Source: Candidatus Saccharimonadales bacterium (GTDB lineage: Bacteria > Patescibacteriota > Saccharimonadia > Saccharimonadales > UBA10212). From it: a stretch of DNA of 41,300 bases. Where the stretch lies: contig JBBDZU010000002.1 of the NCBI GenBank assembly GCA_040900055.1, positions 84,425 through 125,724 of the forward strand. Direction: 5' to 3'. The notes under the pieces were generated by a model. The model saw only the letters and a program-made list of their open reading frames with translations, was not told the DNA's origin and did not search any database. Shown here one piece after another: positions 10,210-16,211 of the stretch. The first letter of the stretch is position 1. Each line of letters begins with the position of its first letter. The position numbers and the translations under genes were made by a program.

Positions 10210-10395
10210 TCGGACTTGAGAAAACAGAGGGAGCGAGTGACGAGAAGTCGGCAGAATCGAGGACTGTCCTCTCCGCCAGCTGGCAGAGAGGACCGCTTGT
10301 CGTTCCGCAGAATTCACCGGCTTTAAGGAGTGAGCAACCATCTTAAGTTTTCGAATGTCCGAGAGTTTGGCGATACCTTTACGGTTAAAGGTATC
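10210..10395 (-). repeat. Structured ~190-nt repeat element, copy C
   Basis: Reverse complement matches 33117-33307 with identical blocks of 30, 24 and 16 nt; hairpin GATACCTTTA/TAAAGGTATC; rod closed by TCGGAC/GTCCGA. Confidence 0.9.
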
Positions 10396-10416
10396 AAAAA
10401 ATGTTAAGGTATAACT

Positions 10417-10554
10417 ATGCCAAAACGGACTTATCAACCTAAAAAACAGCGCCGTGCCCGGCGACATGGCTTTTTATCAAGAATGGCTTCTAAAGACGGC
10501 CGCAATATCCTAAAACGCCGCCGGCAAAAAGCCCGTTCGAAACTAACTGTTTAG
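10417..10554 (+). CDS. rpmH: 50S ribosomal protein L34 (45 aa; absent from the ORF track)
   Basis: Manual translation [45 protein letters not shown]. Confidence 0.97.
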   Translation: MPKRTYQPKKQRRARRHGFLSRMASKDGRNILKRRRQKARSKLTV

Positions 10555-10556
10555 TA

Positions 10557-10740
10557 GATTCCACAATATTAACCCCAAAAATCTTGGCTGTTATCCACTT
10601 ATGCTGCGTTTTTGTCCACATTTTCCCAGATGAGACTACGAACTGTGTATAAATCTACACCTTAGCTAACCATAAACCACATTGCTGTAGTGATTTTTGC
10701 TAAGCCTGTGGAAAACCACCAGGACGTCAGCTATAGTGTT
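10557..10740. promoter_or_regulatory. oriC part 1 / dnaA promoter region with DnaA boxes
   Basis: TTATCCACT 10591-10599, TTGTCCACA 10612-10620, TGTGTATAA 10644-10652, TGTGGAAAA 10707-10715 (consensus TTWTNCACA); TATAGT -10 near 10732. Confidence 0.8.
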
Positions 10741-10773
10741 AATACCAAACGGTAAAAAGGGGCGAAAAACCAC

Positions 10774-12162
10774 ATGCAGGACGGCGGTCTTTGGCGGGCA
10801 GTTTTGGGGGAAGTCGAACTAAGCATCTCCCGAGGCAACTTCGTGACGTGGTTTAAAAATACTCAACTAATTAAAAACCAAGACAATGTGATTGTTGTTG
10901 GCGTCCCCAATATTTTTGTTAAAAACCAGCTGGAACGTAAATTTAACGATTTAGTGGTAAAAATCCTTGCCAAAAACGGCGTCTCGCCCGCGCGTGTAGA
11001 ATATAAGATCCATACCCTAACAGCCGCACCGGTTGAAGGTGCTGACACCGAAGTCTTACAAAATCCAAAAGACCCCCAAGTTAACGCCGTCACGGACAGC
11101 TTAAAACCTAAAGCTTCTATAGCTAATATTACCCACTCTTATCGCCAAGGCTTAAATGAGCGCTATAGTTTTGAAAATTTCGTGGTCGGCTCTAGTAACG
11201 AAATGGCCTATGCCGCCTGCCAAGCTATTGCCTCAGAGCCCGGCACCAAATATAACCCGCTATTTTTATATGGTGGTGTGGGCATAGGCAAAACCCACCT
11301 AATCCAGGCTGTGGGTAGCGCCATTTTAGCGACCAGGCCGTCGGCCAGAATTGTCTATGCCTCCACAGAGCAATTTGTCCAAGAGTTTGTTGATGCCATC
11401 CGCTTTAAGAAAAATACTTCCAGTTTTGCCGGTTTTTACCGCGGCGCCGACGTTTTAATAGTTGATGACGTTCAGTTTTTAGCCGGCAAAGAGAAAATCC
11501 AGGAAGAGTTTTTCCATACGTTTAATGCCCTTTACCAAGCCAACAAGCAAATTATTATCAGTAGCGATAAGTCTCCCAAAGACATCCCCACCTTAGAAGA
11601 GCGGCTTAAGTCGCGGTTTGCCTGGGGTATGACTATCGACATGCAAACGCCCGATTTTGAAACCCGCTGCGCCATCATCCAAAGCAAAGCTGGCTTAAAA
11701 AACGTGGAACTACCCCAAACAGTAGTAGAGTTTTTAGCTACCCGCATCCAAAATAATGTTCGCGAGCTAGAGGGCGCCTTAAACCAAGTGATGGCTCTTT
11801 GCGAGATGAAAAATGTCGAACCCACACTCGATTTAGTATCGACTATGTTCGAAAACGCTGCCGGCCGGGCCAAGCACGTTAGCCCTCGCCACATCATCGA
11901 GCGGACCGCTAAGCACTTTCATATTTCCATGGACGATATCTTGGGTCCTAAACGCGACAAAGACATAGTGGTGCCACGGCAAATCGCCATGTATATGCTA
12001 AGGAGTGAGTTACACCTTAGCTTCCCTAAAATAGCCCGTGAATTAGGCCGCAAAGACCACACCACCGCCATCCATTCCATAAGCAAAATCCAAAAAGAAG
12101 TTAACTACGATGGCCCAATTAAACAATACGTTGCAGACCTGAAAGAAAAACTGTATGCCTAG
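10774..12162 (+). CDS. dnaA: Chromosomal replication initiator DnaA
   Basis: YNPLFLYGGVGIGKTHL (Walker A), IVDDVQFL, QEEFFHTFN, NVRELEGAL, domain IV KDHTT. Confidence 0.99.
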   Translation: MQDGGLWRAVLGEVELSISRGNFVTWFKNTQLIKNQDNVIVVGVPNIFVKNQLERKFNDLVVKILAKNGVSPARVEYKIHTLTAAPVEGADTEVLQNPKDPQVNAVTDSLKPKASIANITHSYRQGLNERYSFENFVVGSSNEMAYAACQAIASEPGTKYNPLFLYGGVGIGKTHLIQAVGSAILATRPSARIVYASTEQFVQEFVDAIRFKKNTSSFAGFYRGADVLIVDDVQFLAGKEKIQEEFFHTFNALYQANKQIIISSDKSPKDIPTLEERLKSRFAWGMTIDMQTPDFETRCAIIQSKAGLKNVELPQTVVEFLATRIQNNVRELEGALNQVMALCEMKNVEPTLDLVSTMFENAAGRAKHVSPRHIIERTAKHFHISMDDILGPKRDKDIVVPRQIAMYMLRSELHLSFPKIARELGRKDHTTAIHSISKIQKEVNYDGPIKQYVADLKEKLYA

Positions 12163-12482
12163 ACCCAGCCAAAGCGTTGGGTGGGGTGTGAAGAAACCTA
12201 CAGAAACTGTTCGAAAAATCTCACAGTTATACTCGCTTTACACAAGCACACCTAAAAACGCCGTGTTTTTAACAGAGCTTGCTCACACTTTAAACACAAA
12301 CCAGCCACAACCAGCCTTTATTTCTGCCCAACCACAAACCGCCAGCGCCCCAAAGGTAGACCGTACTTATCCCCCAAAACCCACAGCCTCTACTATTACT
12401 ACAAAACTAAAACCATTTATTTTTTACTACTTTAAGACCAGCCCGTTTGATATATATTTTAAACAAAGGAAAAATTAGAAAG
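12163..12482. other. oriC part 2: DNA-unwinding region with degenerate DnaA boxes and DnaA-trios
   Basis: TTATCCCCC-AAAACCCACA-GCCT-CTACTATTACTAC (12367-12402) followed by an AT-rich tract, matching the Bacillus-type basal unwinding architecture. Confidence 0.75.
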
Positions 12483-13574
12483 ATGAAACTCCAGGTTACC
12501 CAAGAGAACTTAGCCAGAGCGTTAGGCACTGTTGCTCGAGTGGCCAACACCAGAAACACCCTCCCTATCTTAGCCAACGTGCTACTACGGGCCGACAAAA
12601 ATACTTTAAGCGTCTCTGCCACCAACCTGGATATTGGCATAACCCACCACATTGGTTCCAAGATCGAACAAAATGGCGCCATCACTGTACCAGCCCGGCT
12701 TATGCAGGATTTTGTGACCAGCCTACCCCAAGGTGTATTAAATCTAGAGCAAACAGACAATAAACTTCACATTACTACCGACAAATATCAGTCAGTCGTC
12801 AACGGCATCTTAGCTGAAGACTTCCCGGTCATGCCGGCTATAAAAAAAGGTGTTGTTTGGGAGGTGCCGGCAGCCGATTTTAAAAGAGTTTTATCTCAAG
12901 TGGTTTTCGCCGCCAGCGGCGATGATGCCAGACCCGTACTAACCGGCGTCTATTTCCATACTAAAAATGGCCAAGCCATGCTGGCCGCCACCGACAGCTA
13001 CCGGTTGGCCGAAAGCCGGTTAGCCAAAACTAGCCAAGCTGTTAATTTTCTAGTGCCGGCCAGCGCCGCCGCCGACTTACTGCGTATAATCACAGACAGC
13101 GATACCGAGGTCGCCATCACTCACGACGACCAGCAAGTTTTATTCGAGGTGGGCGACATTACTCTACTAGCCCGCCTTATCGGGGGCGAGTACCCCGACT
13201 ACTCCAAACTTATACCAGCCAAATTTGCTACCGTTGCCCGCCTTGCTCGGGCCGACTTTAGCAATATTACTAAAGTCTCAAGCTTATTCGCCCGTGAAAG
13301 CGCCGGCAGCATTGCAATTAAAGTCGAGGAGGCAGCTGGCCAAGTTAGTATTAACGCCATAGCCTCCCAGCTAGGCGAAAACACCGCTGCTGCCGAAGCC
13401 CAAGTTACTGGTGACGGCGAGGTTACCCTAAATTCGCGCTACTTAATAGAGGCCCTGGGGGCATTTAGCGGCGATGAAGTGGAATTTTGTTTTAACGGCA
13501 AGCTAGAACCTTGCGTGCTACGAAGCCCCAAAGACCAAACCTACCTACACCTTATAATGCCGCTTCGAAGCTAG
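12483..13574 (+). CDS. dnaN: DNA polymerase III beta sliding clamp
   Basis: MKLQVTQENL, LPILANVLL, ATNLD, RPVLTGV, ATDSYRL, YPDY, LIMPLR; start placed at ATG 12483. Confidence 0.98.
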   Translation: MKLQVTQENLARALGTVARVANTRNTLPILANVLLRADKNTLSVSATNLDIGITHHIGSKIEQNGAITVPARLMQDFVTSLPQGVLNLEQTDNKLHITTDKYQSVVNGILAEDFPVMPAIKKGVVWEVPAADFKRVLSQVVFAASGDDARPVLTGVYFHTKNGQAMLAATDSYRLAESRLAKTSQAVNFLVPASAAADLLRIITDSDTEVAITHDDQQVLFEVGDITLLARLIGGEYPDYSKLIPAKFATVARLARADFSNITKVSSLFARESAGSIAIKVEEAAGQVSINAIASQLGENTAAAEAQVTGDGEVTLNSRYLIEALGAFSGDEVEFCFNGKLEPCVLRSPKDQTYLHLIMPLRS

Positions 13575-14332
13575 GGTCGTCTCGGCTTTCCTATGTGTGG
13601 GTTAAATCGAGCTGGTATTTCTCTTAAGCCTGAGTAATCAAGCTGCGCTTCAAGAGCCTGTTGGGTCTCGAACCTAGTCATCAACTGCAGTATCGGTGGG
13701 ACAACGTGCGGATGGATGTTGTCTACAGGCTGTACAAGCCTCAAATCATACTCTGGGTCGGCATAGACTGGCACTAACTTGGGCTTAGCGAAGGCTCGAG
13801 GATTTTTTAAGTCCGGATACCCCAAAGCATCGTAGCGGGCGGTTTTTAGGTTAATCCAGCGCATGGCACCTACTCTAATCGCGCTTGCCGGAGCTTTGGC
13901 AGGAGGGCTTCGGAAGCCGATAGCCCACTGGGTATTATCGTAATAAACCAACCGTGGGAACTGGATAAGATAGGATTCGCCAGCTTTTACCCGACCAGTA
14001 CCGGCCAGGGGCTTTTTTAAATGCTCAGCGGCAGCTACAGGACCGCTATTTAAGAAAGTCCCGCTTTTAAGTACCAAGGCACCGGTGTAAACAACGTTGG
14101 GGTGTAGGCTTTCAGGATTGTAATTAATGTCCTCTAGCAGCCGACGGGCTATCTCCTTGGGATTCGGTACTTGTTCGACTGCCGCAGGAGCTTCAAGGTC
14201 CAGCCTCGGTTGAGCAGCCGATCCTGCGGATTCTCCGGATACGGCTAGCGCGAGCGCCGAAAAGCCGAGAGCAGCCGTATTCCTAAACCGGTTGTGTGAG
14301 TTTTTATTTCTTTCGCTATTAACCAGGCTCAT
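13571..14332 (-). CDS. Hypothetical exported protein (signal-peptide-like N-terminus)
   Basis: 253-aa ORF; basic then hydrophobic N-terminus (RFRNTAALGFSALALAVSG); own promoter directly upstream. Confidence 0.7.
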   Translation of the reverse strand: MSLVNSERNKNSHNRFRNTAALGFSALALAVSGESAGSAAQPRLDLEAPAAVEQVPNPKEIARRLLEDINYNPESLHPNVVYTGALVLKSGTFLNSGPVAAAEHLKKPLAGTGRVKAGESYLIQFPRLVYYDNTQWAIGFRSPPAKAPASAIRVGAMRWINLKTARYDALGYPDLKNPRAFAKPKLVPVYADPEYDLRLVQPVDNIHPHVVPPILQLMTRFETQQALEAQLDYSGLREIPARFNPHIGKPRRP

Positions 14333-14338
14333 AAATCT

Positions 14339-14367
14339 ATAGTATCATACTTTATGGATTTTGTCAA
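14339..14367 (-). promoter_or_regulatory. Sigma70-type promoter, leaderless arrangement
   Basis: Minus strand TTGACA-N17-TACTAT-N6-ATG. Confidence 0.7.
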
Positions 14368-14973
14368 TTACTCCCCATAGGCATCTCTGTAGACGAGCTC
14401 TAGCTTGGAGGGGTCGTAGCCCCTGAACTTAATCCATTCTACGGCCTCATTTTTACCTGCCTCCGTGTAATATTTGACGTATATAGCTATCGCATTAGAA
14501 TCTTCAGGGTTTTTTAAAGAGGGACCATAATCAATGCGGAACACACGATCAATAAAAGGCAGATCTTTAATTAGGGGCAGCTGCCTTTCTTTTTCAGAAA
14601 TATCGGCGACAAATTTCCCTCCTCCTAAACCCTCTCTCCGGATAGCCTCTTGGGGATGATCTATTAGCCAATTCACGCCCTCTGTTGAATCGGGCACTAA
14701 AAGGACGAGGACATCGCTGAATTTGCTGCCTTGCACATTAAATTTAATAACTTTCGTAGAAAAGCCTTCCATCGATGCTACAAGTTCATGAGAGCCAGGA
14801 CTTAAGTAGATGCGACCTTCTTTAACATTCATATTGCCATCAATAACAATAGTAGCTTCAGAAGGCGACACAGTTAGCCCGACGTTTGGATCTTTTATGA
14901 GCGTTTGGACTGCTAGAAGAATGGCCGCCGAGGCAGTAATTATACCCACAATAATTAGTCGTCTCTTACTCAT
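14368..14973 (-). CDS. Membrane-anchored protein with PEGA-like beta domain (T4SS-operon associated)
   Basis: N-terminal TM helix, then LTVSPSEATIVIDG...LSPGSHELVASMEGF. Confidence 0.7.
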   Translation of the reverse strand: MSKRRLIIVGIITASAAILLAVQTLIKDPNVGLTVSPSEATIVIDGNMNVKEGRIYLSPGSHELVASMEGFSTKVIKFNVQGSKFSDVLVLLVPDSTEGVNWLIDHPQEAIRREGLGGGKFVADISEKERQLPLIKDLPFIDRVFRIDYGPSLKNPEDSNAIAIYVKYYTEAGKNEAVEWIKFRGYDPSKLELVYRDAYGE

Positions 14974-14975
14974 AC

Positions 14976-16211
14976 TTATTTCAACCTCGCAACCAGGAAA
15001 GGTTCTCCTTCTTGTTCGAAATAGGTTCCTTGCGGCTGGGGTACGCGCTCACCCAATGAAGCGCTCACTGCATTATAGTTGCGACCAGACGGAGAGCCCA
15101 CAAAAAGATAGGTATGCTGAGTGTTAACTAGAATATCCCCTGGCCTCAATTGGTCTACACTTCTAATATTTTCGAAAGTAATATATTTTGGGGAATTCTT
15201 GACATACTGCATTTGAGCTGCGGACAAGCGGACAGGATAGTCTGGGTCTGCTCCACTCGCCCGCATTACGGTTGACACAAAAACACCGCAGTCGCTCCAG
15301 ACGTCGTTGCCCGAGCTGCCATTGTACTGCGGCATAGCTGTCCGGTAACTAGGCTTTGCCTCTTGTTCTTCTTTGCCGTGACCTGCAGTTTCCCAGGCTA
15401 GATTTAGAGCTGTTTGAACTATACTACCGGCTACCACACCACTAGAGCAGCCGCTAGAGAAGTCAACACTTGTGGCAGAGGTGGCCCCTGAAGAGCCAAT
15501 TTTGGGTAGAGGATCCGGATAACCAGGCTTCCCGGACTTTGTGAACCCTGAGCTTAAAAGACTGTGTATATTGCTGACGTACTCGCGTGTTTCCTCATAA
15601 AGGGTTGTTAGAGGGGCGCTGGCTCCCCACTGCTGGACCCGACCCGGCCCGGCGTTATAGGAAGCGGCAATCTGTAAAAGGGTATTAGTCTTTAAAGGTT
15701 GTTGCAAGTCGCCTAGCTGGGAATTTGGGCGAGCATTGTAGCTTGAAACTAGGTTAGCTGCAGAAAATGCAGCATCATAAATATTATTGATATCTTTAGC
15801 GCCGTCGTTATTGCCATCAACTGCGTAGCCCTCCCATGTGCCTGGCATGAACTGAAAAGGACCAGAGGCGCCTTTTGGCGACGAGGCCCAAACCGTATTG
15901 AACGGCTTCCAAACATTTCCATTCTCGCTTAGATATATAGCTGCTAAAAATTGGCCGTGAGTATTATAGGCAGCCGCTGCTCTAGTAAGTAACTGGTTAT
16001 ACGGTTCGGGCACATTAGACGGCAGGCTCGATGATACCGACCCTGTAAAATCGGAGCAAAACGGGGTTGCCTCAAAATCAAAATAGTATATACCGGAGTC
16101 AAGAATCCGTTTTTGGTCAGGGCTTAACGCCTGTGTATGTGAAACCGGGTGTATCAGAATCAAAATAAAGCCAAGTGCGATGCTTGATATCTTTTGAAAG
16201 CGATTTCTCAT
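14976..16211 (-). CDS. Bifunctional peptidoglycan hydrolase: lytic transglycosylase + NlpC/P60-like domain (VirB1-like)
   Basis: Signal peptide; LAAIYLSEN, SPKGASGPFQFMPGTW, SYNAGPG, ETREYV (SLT); SDCGVFVSTVMRASG...PGDIL...HTYL (Cys/His); start by TAATG coupling at 16211. Confidence 0.85.
   Translation of the reverse strand: MRNRFQKISSIALGFILILIHPVSHTQALSPDQKRILDSGIYYFDFEATPFCSDFTGSVSSSLPSNVPEPYNQLLTRAAAAYNTHGQFLAAIYLSENGNVWKPFNTVWASSPKGASGPFQFMPGTWEGYAVDGNNDGAKDINNIYDAAFSAANLVSSYNARPNSQLGDLQQPLKTNTLLQIAASYNAGPGRVQQWGASAPLTTLYEETREYVSNIHSLLSSGFTKSGKPGYPDPLPKIGSSGATSATSVDFSSGCSSGVVAGSIVQTALNLAWETAGHGKEEQEAKPSYRTAMPQYNGSSGNDVWSDCGVFVSTVMRASGADPDYPVRLSAAQMQYVKNSPKYITFENIRSVDQLRPGDILVNTQHTYLFVGSPSGRNYNAVSASLGERVPQPQGTYFEQEGEPFLVARLK

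Noticed and set aside
10255-10315. Hammerhead ribozyme in the GTCC...GGAC core
   Set aside because: No CUGANGA or GAAA catalytic core on either strand
10210-10395. RNase P RNA (rnpB), suggested by adjacency to rnpA and by GAGGACTGTCC and CAGAATTCACCGGCTTTA resembling its conserved regions
   Set aside because: Too short, lacks the GAGGAAAGTCC consensus, the second motif is not kept in copy D, and the element is multicopy
10180-10467. ORF 10180..10467 and its similarity to 33013..33318 (SAERQAVL, GQSSI)
   Set aside because: The similarity is a by-product of the non-coding repeat; the frames overlap rpmH and mscL antisense and are not preserved across indels
12155-12478. 107-aa ORF between dnaA and dnaN
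   Set aside because: Coincides with oriC elements; low-complexity composition and no recognisable domain
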